Assembly (NCBI GenBank): GCA_035291025.1
Contig: DATDTB010000059.1
Coordinates: 1 to 36,711, forward strand
DNA length: 36,711 nucleotides
Source of the DNA: an archaeon
Lineage (GTDB): Archaea; Iainarchaeota; Iainarchaeia; JAFGOX01; DATDTB01
Reading direction: 5' to 3'
A program made the position numbers and the translations under genes. The notes beneath the pieces were generated by a model that was not told the DNA's origin, ran no database searches, and worked only from the letters and a program-made list of their open reading frames with translations. Position 1 is the first letter of the stretch; the number at the start of each line of letters is the position of its first letter. Shown here in pieces: positions 1 through 8,867 of this stretch.

Positions 1-823
1 GATTGTTGCGGTTGTCCGGCGCGTTTTTCCTCCTAAGCGCCTGCAGTATTTCCTTTCCAGTAAGCTCTTCCACTTCCTTTCCGTCAGGCGCGCGCGTAAT
101 GAACTCCAGCTTCAGCTGTTCCTGCAAGCCCCTCAGTATTATGTCGCCGCCGCGGTCGCCGTCCACGAAGGCGGTCAACGACTTCGTCTTGGCGAGTTCC
201 ACGAGAGTGCGCGGGACTTTTGCCCCGCCTGTTGAGATGACGTTTTTTATGCCGTGCATCAACAGGTTAAGCACGTCCGCGCGCCCTTCCACCACTATGA
301 GGTTTTGCGAACTTTCAACGTCCGGCCCGCAGGGCAGCTGGTCCGCGCCGTAAGTCCCGGCTTCCGCTTGCCTGACCTGGGAGAGGACCGCGTCAGTGAG
401 TTCCTGGCTTTCCGGGACGTCGCTTGACAGCATTCTCTGCAGCAAGTCCTTGGCGCGGTCGATTATTTGCTTTCTTTTGGCGGAACGCGTGTCTTCTACT
501 TTTTCAACTGCAATCGTGGCGGCGCACGGGCCCACTTTGTCCACGACTTCAACGGCTGACGCCAGTATCACGGTTTCAACGCGGTCCAGGCTGCTTGGAA
601 TGATTATTTTCCCGGAAGTCTTTCCGCCTTTTGCCTCGAGGTCTACTTCTATTCTCCCAATTTTCCCGTTTTTCTGCAGCTCCCTGAGCTCTAAGTCGTT
701 GCCTATCAAGCCCTCGGTCTGCCCGAAGATTGCGCCAATGATGTCCGGCTTTTCAACCAGCCCGTCAATGGAAAAATTAGCTGTAACTATGTACTTTACT
801 GTGTCAATGTAAGTCTTTGCCAT
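1..823 (-). CDS. dnaG: DNA primase DnaG (archaeal, TOPRIM), C-terminus runs off the window
   Basis: Not in the ORF track because there is no in-window stop. Manual reverse translation from ATG (823-821) gives MAKTYIDTVKYIVTANFSIDGLVEKPDIIGAIFGQTEGLIGNDLELRELQKNGKIGRIEV..., then the TOPRIM signature LIVVEGRADVLNLL...FVDGDRGGDIILRGL. The frame stays open to position 1. Confidence 0.85.
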   Translation of the reverse strand, partial: MAKTYIDTVKYIVTANFSIDGLVEKPDIIGAIFGQTEGLIGNDLELRELQKNGKIGRIEVDLEAKGGKTSGKIIIPSSLDRVETVILASAVEVVDKVGPCAATIAVEKVEDTRSAKRKQIIDRAKDLLQRMLSSDVPESQELTDAVLSQVRQAEAGTYGADQLPCGPDVESSQNLIVVEGRADVLNLLMHGIKNVISTGGAKVPRTLVELAKTKSLTAFVDGDRGGDIILRGLQEQLKLEFITRAPDGKEVEELTGKEILQALRRKNAPDNRNN

Positions 824-870
824 TGCAATCCCCCTTTTTTTTAACTATTGAAAAGGGACTGCTGAGAGAA

Positions 871-1089
871 TCAGTTCTTTTCCAAGGCGAGGCGCAACGC
901 GTTCACTGCTTCCCCAGGGCCAAGCGAGAACCGGACTTGCTTTTTCTTGGCTTTCTCGCCTTTCACTATTTCGGCCCTGGACTCCGTCAACGCGCTTAAT
1001 TCTTCCTCGATTTCCTTGTTAGCCTTGCCCTTCACTGGGGGGCTCCTTGTTTTGACCTTTAACGTCTTCGCCGCCTCGTCGAAGCCCAC
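871..1089 (-). CDS. DUF167/YggU (UPF0235) family protein, true start uncertain
   Basis: LKVKTRSPPVKGKANKEIEEELSAL...VKGEKAKKKQVRF matches the DUF167 core (APP.GKAN). The frame stays open upstream to about 1188 and encodes a family-like FELRVTTNAKKFAVVG strand, but there is no canonical start codon there. Confidence 0.6.
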   Translation of the reverse strand: MGFDEAAKTLKVKTRSPPVKGKANKEIEEELSALTESRAEIVKGEKAKKKQVRFSLGPGEAVNALRLALEKN

Positions 1090-1425
1090 TACCGCGAACT
1101 TTTTGGCGTTAGTAGTGACCCTTAGTTCAAACGTTGAAGTGTTAATGCCTTGCGCCCCCTCTTTTTTTAAGTGAAAGGATTCATTGGCTCAGCTTGATTC
1201 TCTTTGCAGTTGATTCCTTTTCCTTTTTTTATAGTTGAATCTAAGCACCCTCTGCGGCTCGCTCAAGGCATTTTGCCTTTTTTCCCGAGCGCGCGTTTTA
1301 AGGGCTTAGCAACTAAATGCTCTAAACCTTCTTTTAATACTTTTGTCGTTGATTACATTAAGGCTTGTTCGTTGTTTAACGAACAATGCAGTTCCAAGCG
1401 CCTTTTGCTTGGGTGGTTTTTTCCA

Positions 1426-1827
1426 GTGGTGCAGACTTACAAGAAGGGCTCAAACGCCGAACGGGAGCTAATGCAGAGGCTGTGGAACGCCGGCTACGCG
1501 GTCGTGCGCGCCGCGGGCTCGGGCGTCAACCCGTTGAACTCGCCGGACTTGATTGCATTGAAGAAAGGGAAAAAGCTGGCAATAGAGTGCAAGGCCAGGA
1601 ATTCAACTACCCTAAGCGTGCCTTCCCAGCAAATGTCGGACTTGATTGAGTGGGCTTTTAGGGCCGACGCAGAACTCGTCGTTGCGTGGAAGTACCCAAG
1701 GAAGGGGTGGTTTTTCTTGGGTTTGGAGGACTTTTCCAGGAGTGAAAAGTTTTACTCCGCCAGCCTGAAAAAGGCGCTTGAAAAGAACGCGAGTTTCTTG
1801 GAAGGGGAATCGACTCCTTCAATCTAG
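1426..1827 (+). CDS. hjc: Holliday junction resolvase Hjc
   Basis: KGSNAERELMQRLWNAGYAVVRAAGSG...PDLIALKKGKKLAIECKAR is the archaeal Hjc nuclease motif set (E...D...ExK). Start set at in-frame GTG 1426, because the longer 1204 start adds a non-homologous, Phe/Pro-rich leader. Confidence 0.8.
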   Translation: MVQTYKKGSNAERELMQRLWNAGYAVVRAAGSGVNPLNSPDLIALKKGKKLAIECKARNSTTLSVPSQQMSDLIEWAFRADAELVVAWKYPRKGWFFLGLEDFSRSEKFYSASLKKALEKNASFLEGESTPSI

Positions 1828-3080
1828 CCCTTCCCTAACTCGCTTGGCTCGCTTTGCCTCCGCTTGTTCCTGGCCCAAACGCTTGCCTTTTCCTCCAAGG
1901 CGTGCGCTTCAACGTTTTTCTCGCTTTTTGGGACGTAAACCTTTATGGCCAGTATTGATAGCACGGCGAATGCCACGAACGCCAGGCTTGCGTAGGAAAG
2001 CGGGTTCAAGACGTCCGGTTTTTCAATGAACACCTGGAGGGTGCCGCATTCCTGCGCGAATGTCTTGGCGCCAATTGAGTGGTTTGCCTCGCATTTTATT
2101 GACGAGTCGCCGTAGTTGCTGGCGGTCAAGGTAAAGGAAGCCACTGCTTTTTCGCCGGGCCTGAGCGCCCCGATGAAGTTTTCACTTGGCTCGATGGAAG
2201 TGTTGCTTCCGCTGGACAGGAAGACCGCAACGTCCCTTAATTCCAGCGCCCCGTTGTTTGTGACTTCCACGCCGGCCTTGGTAGTTTCATTCCTCTCCAA
2301 TACAGTTTTTTCCACGACGATTTTCGCAAGCAGCGTGGGGGTTGCCGGGAAAATTGTCAGCTGCTGGCTGTAAGGCTTTTCCATCACGACGCGCGAGTAG
2401 CCAGTGCTCTCGGAAACCGACACAACTGGGTTGGGGAAGGAAAAAATAGAAGACTTCAGCGCCAGTACTCCGTACTCGAGCCGTTTCCCCTCGCCGGGGG
2501 CGAGTTCAATGCTTTTCGGGCCCCCGCCTGAAAGGAATGCAACAAAGTCCTTTATTGTTGAAACGTCCTCGCTCACCAGCAGTGAAGCCTTGGACGAGCC
2601 ATTGTTTTTCAAGTCAATGAAGTAACGCGTTGCCTCGCCCTCTGTCAGGTAAGCCTTTTCCAGTTCTTGGGAGACGTGCACTACTGGCGCCAGGTACGCC
2701 CCGATCTTTGAAGAGTCCGATATTGTTATTTCTGCCTCGCCCTCGAGCGACGCCAGCAGTGTCACTTGGTTTTCTGCCTTGAAGAATTCCCTGGGAATGA
2801 ACACCTTAGTGGTGCCGTTTAACTGCGTTCCCGCAAGCTCTTCAAAGAACTCGTTCACGATCACTTTCAAGACCGCCTTTCCCGAGCTCTTCAGGTTCAG
2901 AGTCAAGAACAGGTCCCCCCCGCCTTCCTGCGAGAAAAATGTAAAGGACGCGCGTTTTACCCCCGGGTTGTTGAAGGAAAGGCTCGCCACGCCCAGCTCT
3001 TTGAAGGTGTTTTCAGTCACGGCCTGAGAAAACGCGATGCCTGGAAGCAAGGCAAGCATCAAAAACAAGGACGCCTTCAT
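1824..3080 (-). CDS. Secreted, membrane-anchored surface protein with CARDB/S-layer-like beta domains (orphan)
   Basis: ATG at 3080 gives the signal peptide MKASLFLMLALLPGIAFSQA. Repeated segments resemble CARDB-type domains (DLKNNGSSKASLLV, VEVTNNGALELRDVAVFL...LRPGEKAVASFTLTA). A C-terminal TM (LSYASLAFVAFAVLSILAIKVYV) is followed by a charged tail. The stop overlaps the hjc stop convergently (CTAG at 1824-1827). Confidence 0.55.
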   Translation of the reverse strand: MKASLFLMLALLPGIAFSQAVTENTFKELGVASLSFNNPGVKRASFTFFSQEGGGDLFLTLNLKSSGKAVLKVIVNEFFEELAGTQLNGTTKVFIPREFFKAENQVTLLASLEGEAEITISDSSKIGAYLAPVVHVSQELEKAYLTEGEATRYFIDLKNNGSSKASLLVSEDVSTIKDFVAFLSGGGPKSIELAPGEGKRLEYGVLALKSSIFSFPNPVVSVSESTGYSRVVMEKPYSQQLTIFPATPTLLAKIVVEKTVLERNETTKAGVEVTNNGALELRDVAVFLSSGSNTSIEPSENFIGALRPGEKAVASFTLTASNYGDSSIKCEANHSIGAKTFAQECGTLQVFIEKPDVLNPLSYASLAFVAFAVLSILAIKVYVPKSEKNVEAHALEEKASVWARNKRRQSEPSELGKG

Positions 3081-3097
3081 TGGAAAAACCACGCTTT

Positions 3098-3655
3098 TCA
3101 GGCTTCCCTTGGCGGGTTTTTCACCAAGTAGTCGCCCATTTGCTTGCCCCAGTTGACCTTGTCGCCCCCACCCTTGGACTTGTTGGAGACAATGCCTGCA
3201 ATGCGTTCCGCGACCTCCCTCGGAGTCTTTCCAGTTGTGTCTATTTCTATTATCTTTTTCTCCTCGTAGTTCAGGAAGCAGCACTCGCGGCAGTAGTCAA
3301 TGCCTTCTACTATGACGTTGTCCCAGATTTTCTTGTCCGAGTAAAACCTCTTGCTCAGCCTCTTTTCCAGTTCCCTGATGGAAGTCCTCAGGATGAAAAC
3401 GTAGTCCAGGTCCAGCTTCACGTTGGACAGCATGTGGCCCTCTAGTATGACGTCCTTCACGCCCTTCAAGTCCTTGGACAGGCTTTTCTCCAACTCTTTT
3501 GGGTCGACAACGAGTTCGCCGTCGTGGGACGTCCCGATTTTTTTCTGCCTGCAGTAGTCTTTCTCGCTTACGGTTTTGTATGAGAGAATCGCGGCAAGCA
3601 GTCTTGCTACTTCTGTTTTGCCGGCGGCCGGACCCCCGGTTAGGAGAATGCGCAT
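3098..3655 (-). CDS. Putative adenylate kinase / NTPase of the AK6-Fap7 family
   Basis: P-loop MRILLTGGPAAGKT, then ILEGH...DYVFILRTSIRELEKRLSKRFYSDKKIWDNV, typical of AK6/Fap7-like kinases. Confidence 0.6.
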   Translation of the reverse strand: MRILLTGGPAAGKTEVARLLAAILSYKTVSEKDYCRQKKIGTSHDGELVVDPKELEKSLSKDLKGVKDVILEGHMLSNVKLDLDYVFILRTSIRELEKRLSKRFYSDKKIWDNVIVEGIDYCRECCFLNYEEKKIIEIDTTGKTPREVAERIAGIVSNKSKGGGDKVNWGKQMGDYLVKNPPREA

Positions 3656-3672
3656 TTTTTACCTTTTTCTTG

Positions 3673-4368
3673 CTAGCCCGTTATTCCCTGCAATCGCTCC
3701 AGCTGCGTCTCCAGCTCGGTGACTTTTTTCCTCGCTTCAATCGTTTCCTCTTCGTTGTCCAGCGCGGTCATTTCCTCAGTGCAGTCAGGGCACCTGAACT
3801 TGTATTCGGCCGCAATCTCGAAAACCACCTTGTGGCACCTCGCCGGGCAGCTGAAAACCAAGTGGTTTTCCGACACCCCCAGCTTTTCTTTTTGCTTTTC
3901 AAGTTCTTCCTTCACGCGCGACGCCAGCTCGCCCACTATTTCGTTCTTGCGCACGTTCCACTTGTAAGTGTACCACCCTATTTCTTCGTCCTTTGTCCTG
4001 GTGTACTCCACTATGCCCTTGTAGTGCAGCCTGTTGAGCAGCGTCCTGACCACGGTGACTTTCATGTCTAGCTTGTTCGCGAGGACAGTGTCAACCTCGC
4101 CGTTTTCGAATTCCATCATTACTTCCAGCAACGGAATCGCGTCGTGGCCGCCTGACAGCGTCAGGTAATCCCTTACCATTGGCTGGCGCATTAACTCCAC
4201 CAGCCTGGACCTTTCGGCAGTGGAAAGCTGTTGAATGGCTTCCTGAGAAACAGTCTTGAACGCCTTTACCGGCCTTTTGGCAGCGGCCGGGCGGGTCTTG
4301 CTTTTTGTTTTTTTTGGGATGCCCGCGCGCTTTTCCTTTCTTGGAGTCTTTTTCCTGCCAGAAACCAT
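3673..4368 (-). CDS. tfe: Transcription factor E (TFE alpha, TFIIE-alpha homologue)
   Basis: Winged-helix region (LANKLDMKVTVVRTLLNRLHYKGIVEY), then the WYTYKW motif and a zinc-ribbon-like segment CPARCHKVVFEIAAEYKFRCPDCTEEM. ATG at 4368. The first roughly 40 residues are a Lys/Arg-rich extension. Confidence 0.75.
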   Translation of the reverse strand: MVSGRKKTPRKEKRAGIPKKTKSKTRPAAAKRPVKAFKTVSQEAIQQLSTAERSRLVELMRQPMVRDYLTLSGGHDAIPLLEVMMEFENGEVDTVLANKLDMKVTVVRTLLNRLHYKGIVEYTRTKDEEIGWYTYKWNVRKNEIVGELASRVKEELEKQKEKLGVSENHLVFSCPARCHKVVFEIAAEYKFRCPDCTEEMTALDNEEETIEARKKVTELETQLERLQGITG

Positions 4369-4485
4369 CAAAGGGCACCGCGTTCTTTTGGGGTAATGAA
4401 AACGCTTTTCCTATTAATTGCGCGTAAAGTCTTTTAAAGCAAAGACTTCCGCCTTTTCGGCTTGCGATTGCCTTTTTGCTGGAGG

Positions 4486-6411
4486 CTAGGCCAGCCTCAA
4501 AGTGTCCATTACCCTCGGGGCGTAAGCCTCTACCTTGAGCATTTTGGAAATCAGGCCGGCGAAGTTGTGGGCGTTTTTTTCCTCGCCGTGGTTCACGAAC
4601 ACCCTTTTTAGGCCGTTTTGGCTCAGCCTGCTCAAGTAGCTAATGAGCTCTCGGCGGTCCGAGTGCCCGGAGAAGCCGTGAATTGAGTCAACGTGCATGT
4701 TTATCTTCAGGCTCTTGATCTTTCCCTGTGAGTCAGTTGTCTGGAGTTCCTTCAACCCGTTTTGGACGCGCCTCCCTAGCGCGCCCTCGCCCTGCCATCC
4801 CACGAAGACAATGGCGTTTTTCTCGTCTTCGGCCATTTTCTTGAAGTACTCCAGCGAAGGACCGCCGGTGAGCATTCCGGAAGGCGCTATTATCACGGAG
4901 CCGCCGGCCTTTATTATCTCGTCCCGGTCTTTCACGTCTTCCATTGACTTGAAGATTTCGGAAATGAAGGGCGAGTCGTTCCTCAATGTCCGCTTTCGGA
5001 TGTTTGCCTTCAAGTAGTCAGGGTAAGCAGTGTGAATTGCGGCTGCCTGTTTTACCATCCCGTCAATCCACACCTGTGCCTTTTTCCCAAGCCGTCCTTC
5101 GTTGTACAGCTGTTCTATTACAAGCATTATTTCCTCGCCCCTGCCCACTCCAAAGCTTGGGATGAGGACGCTGCCGTTGCGTTCAATGGTCCTGTTTATT
5201 ATGGTGAGCAGTTTTTGCTCGCATTCCTTGCGCGAGGGCATGTTGTCGTCAAGGCCCCCCCCGTAAGTGCTCTCGATTATTACTCCTTCAACGCGCGGGA
5301 AGTTGTTTTGCGCAGGGTTGAAGAGCCGCGTGAAGCCGTACTTTATGTCCCCAGTGTAAACAAGGTTGAACTGGCCGTTGCCTTCGTGTATGTGCGCTGA
5401 CGACGACCCGAGAATGTGGCCCGCGTCGTAGAGAGTCATCCGCAAGTCGCACGTTATGTCCGTGACTTCCTCGTACTTGCGCGGAATGCAGTACTTAATG
5501 GTTTGCCGGATGTCGCGCTCGGAGTACGGCGGAGTCTTGCCTTCGCGGGCCAAGACTTCAATGTAGTCCAACTGCAGCAACGCCATCAAGTCGCGCGTTG
5601 GCTCCGTGCAGTACACCGGGGCCTTGCAGCCCATGGCGTACAGGTATGGAAGGAATCCCGCGTGGTCCATGTGCGCGTGCGAGATTATGATTGCGTCAAT
5701 TTCCGTTATCGGAAAGTCCAGCGTGTCAAACCTCGGGAAGGTCTCGTCGGGCTCGCTTCTGGCGACGTTCACGCCGCAGTCCATTAGTATTTTTGAGTTT
5801 GCGGTCTCCAGGAGCATGGCGCTTCTGCCGACTTCGCGGAAGGCGCCGAGGCAGTTAAGCTTGAACCAGTTCTTTTTCTTTGGCTCTTGGTGGATTTTTT
5901 CCGCGACGTGCTTCAGTATCCGCTTTCTTTCCGCGGCGCTTTTCCACAAGTGGTGCCTTATTCCCTGCAGCACGGGCGAGGGTTTTAGCGGTGCCCTCAA
6001 CAGCTCAGGCGTCCAGCCCGTGTCCTGCATTATTTGCTTTAATGTCCCGCCGCCTTTTCCAATGACGAGGCCCAGCTTTACCGCTTCAATGTTCACAATG
6101 TTGAAGGAGTCGAGGAACTTGACGTCAGTAATCTTGGCCTCTTCCGGGACAATGCTCCTGATTATCTTTTCAGCCTCGGCCTGCGGCTTCAGCAAAGTTG
6201 AGTCCGTTCGGATCTTTACTTTTTTCTTCAGCCTCCCGGCGAGCTCTCCGACAAGCTTGTCGTTTTCATAGAAGAGCCTTGGGTTGCGGGTGTAAATGAC
6301 CACTTCCGGGCCTTCCATCTCAACGCTGGCGATTTCCGCCTGCTGGGGGATGACTGTTTTGACCAGTTTTTCCAGTTCGTCCAAGTAAGCCGGCATTCTG
6401 TCCCTTTTCAC
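4486..6411 (-). CDS. beta-CASP ribonuclease aCPSF1 (KH + metallo-beta-lactamase + beta-CASP; FttA-type termination factor)
   Basis: 641 aa. N-terminal KH-like region (GLVIGKGGGTLKQI), MBL motif IISHAHMDHAG, and beta-CASP/C-terminal motifs (FSGHSDRREL, VFVNHGE). Alternative ATG start at 6396. Confidence 0.9.
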   Translation of the reverse strand: MKRDRMPAYLDELEKLVKTVIPQQAEIASVEMEGPEVVIYTRNPRLFYENDKLVGELAGRLKKKVKIRTDSTLLKPQAEAEKIIRSIVPEEAKITDVKFLDSFNIVNIEAVKLGLVIGKGGGTLKQIMQDTGWTPELLRAPLKPSPVLQGIRHHLWKSAAERKRILKHVAEKIHQEPKKKNWFKLNCLGAFREVGRSAMLLETANSKILMDCGVNVARSEPDETFPRFDTLDFPITEIDAIIISHAHMDHAGFLPYLYAMGCKAPVYCTEPTRDLMALLQLDYIEVLAREGKTPPYSERDIRQTIKYCIPRKYEEVTDITCDLRMTLYDAGHILGSSSAHIHEGNGQFNLVYTGDIKYGFTRLFNPAQNNFPRVEGVIIESTYGGGLDDNMPSRKECEQKLLTIINRTIERNGSVLIPSFGVGRGEEIMLVIEQLYNEGRLGKKAQVWIDGMVKQAAAIHTAYPDYLKANIRKRTLRNDSPFISEIFKSMEDVKDRDEIIKAGGSVIIAPSGMLTGGPSLEYFKKMAEDEKNAIVFVGWQGEGALGRRVQNGLKELQTTDSQGKIKSLKINMHVDSIHGFSGHSDRRELISYLSRLSQNGLKRVFVNHGEEKNAHNFAGLISKMLKVEAYAPRVMDTLRLA

Positions 6412-6547
6412 AAGTAAGTGCTTTCTAGATCTTTTCCTTTTTTTTCAGAAAAAATTGACCAAACTATTTTCTTTTCCTGGCTAGGGCGGTGTTGTTGGGG
6501 GGAAAAAGTTTTGCCTTTCTCTTGAAGGTTTTCTTAAACGAGCGCGT

Positions 6548-7219
6548 CTATTTTGACTTCTTGGCCCGTTCAGCCTTGAATTTTTCCAGGTAAGAGTTCA
6601 CTTCTTCTTCCCTTAGTTCTTGGAAGCCGTCCTTCGAAATCACAACAACGGTTATCCCGGCGCCGCCCGAGGCAATGTCTCTTTCTCTTGCGGCCCTGAC
6701 CGCGCGCACCGCCAAGTAAACCGCCTCGTCCCTTGAAATGTCGTGGTGGTAATTGTCTTCCAGCACTCCGTATGCGAACACGCTGCCCGACCCGGAGGAC
6801 GTGAAGTCCTGCGGCTCGGTTGTGCCGCCGACCATGTCCATGTCAACCAGCTTTGGCTGTTTTACGTACCCGCCAAGTATTAGCTGGACGAAGTACGGGT
6901 AAAAGCGCGAGTTGTTCAGGACAGTGGAAAGGAATGTCGCCAGCTGCTCCGTGTCCATTTCCTCTCCGTATTCAAGCAAGTGAGTCTTGGCGGTTGCCTG
7001 GAGGAACCTGACCAAAACCCCAGCGTCCCCGACCGAGCACGCAATGGTGACCGCTATCCGGTCGCTTACCTTGAATATTTTTTTCACTGCCTTGCCGGCA
7101 ACCAAGTACCCTTCAGTGGCCTTCTGGTCGGCCGCAAGCACCACCGCGTCTCTTGCCCTAATCGCAACAGTGGTCGTGCCCGTGCTCTTTGATTTTACCT
7201 TGTGCTCCAAATCCGTCAT
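6548..7219 (-). CDS. psmB: Proteasome subunit beta
   Basis: Propeptide followed by the catalytic Thr context G/TTTVAIRARDAVVLAADQKAT. ATG at 7219 chosen over the TTG at 7237. Confidence 0.9.
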   Translation of the reverse strand: MTDLEHKVKSKSTGTTTVAIRARDAVVLAADQKATEGYLVAGKAVKKIFKVSDRIAVTIACSVGDAGVLVRFLQATAKTHLLEYGEEMDTEQLATFLSTVLNNSRFYPYFVQLILGGYVKQPKLVDMDMVGGTTEPQDFTSSGSGSVFAYGVLEDNYHHDISRDEAVYLAVRAVRAARERDIASGGAGITVVVISKDGFQELREEEVNSYLEKFKAERAKKSK

Positions 7220-7345
7220 GTTTGAAACCTTCAACAATAAGCGTGTCCCAATTTTGAGTGGAAAATTAGTTGGTGAAACTCTTTAGCCCTACGCATATTA
7301 TTCACCTTACCCTTTTTAAAAGATAAGCCCCGCATGGTTTTTCCC

Positions 7346-8083
7346 TCACTCGCTTTTCTTCCTGGCTTTTTTCGGCCCCGGCTTCCCGTTTTCTTCCCGC
7401 GCGCCCTGGGAAAAGCTTTCCACGAACTTCACTGACTCAATGCCCGCGAACGCCTTCGCTTCCTCTGTGTACATCTTCTTGCTTAACTGGACCGCCTGCT
7501 TTTCGCTGACGTCCCGCGAAAGCTCTATTGTTACTTCGCCGCCCGTGAACTCGAACTTTTGGCCCGAGAGCTTGGCGTACGGGAACGCGCGCTTGAACAA
7601 GGCCTTGGCCTTTTCCTCCCTTGAAGCGTACTCTTTTTCCACCTTGACACTGTACAGCAGCGTCTTGCCCGCGAGTTCGTTGTTGAAGTCCAGCCTGACC
7701 CGGCCGCCGGAAACGCTTTGGACCTTTGCGTAGGAATTGTCGGCTTCAATCACCATTCCCGGGTAGGGGTTGATGTTTCTCTTCCTGAACTCCTGCAACG
7801 GCGTTATCACGACTTTTTTCGGGTCCCTTTCGCCAAAGCCGTCGCGTGCCTCGATTGTTAGTTCGCGCTCCTCGCCTTCCCTCATTTCACTTAGCGCCCT
7901 GTCCAGCCCGGGAATGACGTGGTTCGCGCCCGTGACGACCACGACGGGCTCGTAGGTTATCCCTTCCCTGTAACGGCCTTCCTGCCTCGCTACTGACTCT
8001 TGGGTCGTGTCAAAGACCTTGTTGCTTTCCTTCAGTTTTCCAGTGTAGCTTATTTCCAGTACCCTGCTTTTTTCTTCCGTCAC
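7346..8083 (-). CDS. FKBP-type peptidyl-prolyl cis-trans isomerase (long archaeal type)
   Basis: KVFDTT...VVTGANHVIPGLDRALSEMREGEERELTIEARDGFGERDPKKV plus an insert-in-flap and a C-terminal domain. GTG start. Lys-rich C-terminal tail. Confidence 0.8.
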   Translation of the reverse strand: MTEEKSRVLEISYTGKLKESNKVFDTTQESVARQEGRYREGITYEPVVVVTGANHVIPGLDRALSEMREGEERELTIEARDGFGERDPKKVVITPLQEFRKRNINPYPGMVIEADNSYAKVQSVSGGRVRLDFNNELAGKTLLYSVKVEKEYASREEKAKALFKRAFPYAKLSGQKFEFTGGEVTIELSRDVSEKQAVQLSKKMYTEEAKAFAGIESVKFVESFSQGAREENGKPGPKKARKKSE

Positions 8084-8173
8084 TCACTCACCTTTATTAA
8101 ACATTGCCTTACAAGAATAATTCAGCACGCTTTGCTTTGCTGTTTGCGTGGCTTTTTTCGAGGGTGCTCTTAA

Positions 8174-8863
8174 ATGAAGAAATTCACTCCAGTTCCAAGG
8201 ACTGAAAGGGAAAAACGCAAGGAAGCCTATTCCTGGGTTTTCCTGGTCGTAATGATTGTGTCAATCTTTGCCACTAGTGCGTCCTTTTTTTTCGGCTCGG
8301 GTGTCGCGCCAAGCGACCCAGTCAACGCGGTAATTGAGGGAACGCAGCAAGACAACTCAGTAAACACTTCACTTAAGTCTTTTAAAGCAAGCGCCGAGGC
8401 CTTCATTGAGTCCTTTGGCGGAGAGTTCGTGTTCCAAGGGCAGACTTCTTCTTTTCAAAAGACCTCCCTGGACTCGCTGGTTTCAGGCGTTGCCGGCGTT
8501 AAAGGCCTTGAATCCCAGCTGCAGCGCCAAGGCGGCAGCGTTTACTACGCCGGCCGTGTAACACTGGCGCCCGGGGCTGATTTTGGGCTCGTTTCCTCTC
8601 AGTTGAGCGAAAGCCTGTCGCAAGACGTTTCGGGCTTGTTTTTCAGACGCTTTGCCCTTGTCTCGTTCCCCAAGCCCTTCCTCTTTGTCCAGGAAGGTGA
8701 TGAAAGCGTTTCCTTCGAGTTAACGCCCGAAAATTCCACGATTTTAGTGCTGCCCGACGCAGTCACGGGTTCACTGGTTGCAGTGACCTGTTCGGGCCAA
8801 ATAGACCCAAGTCCGGGGTTGGCTGAAAGAAAAGTCCAAGGCCTTGAATGCTTCCAGTCCTAG
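8174..8863 (+). CDS. Hypothetical type II membrane protein (orphan)
   Basis: N-terminal basic stretch plus one TM (AYSWVFLVVMIVSIFATSASFFF), then a Ser/Gly-rich extracytoplasmic domain. No motif recognised. Confidence 0.4.
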   Translation: MKKFTPVPRTEREKRKEAYSWVFLVVMIVSIFATSASFFFGSGVAPSDPVNAVIEGTQQDNSVNTSLKSFKASAEAFIESFGGEFVFQGQTSSFQKTSLDSLVSGVAGVKGLESQLQRQGGSVYYAGRVTLAPGADFGLVSSQLSESLSQDVSGLFFRRFALVSFPKPFLFVQEGDESVSFELTPENSTILVLPDAVTGSLVAVTCSGQIDPSPGLAERKVQGLECFQS

Positions 8864-8867
8864 CGCG

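Noticed and set aside
396-812. Plus-strand ORFs 3-353 and 396-812 (low-complexity, Ser/Pro/Phe-rich)
   Set aside because: They are antisense shadows of dnaG, whose minus-strand translation shows clear family motifs. The ORF track omits dnaG only because it has no in-window stop.
1204-1425. N-terminal extensions offered by the ORF track for hjc (1204), lysS (27004), the Nudix gene (28244, running through tRNA-Gly), sepF (15420), the surface protein (3284) and rps15 (33561)
   Set aside because: The extensions are non-homologous, compositionally odd or overlap RNA genes. Internal starts align with family N-termini and often have SD-like sites.
5606-6271. Long antisense ORFs inside large genes (for example 5606-6271, 18068-18679, 21108-21569, 26265-26828, 27274-28056, 34157-34756)
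   Set aside because: Each overlaps a well-supported gene on the opposite strand, has a low-complexity Ser/Pro/Arg/Phe-rich composition, and has no motifs. This is typical of shadow ORFs in moderately GC-rich coding DNA.
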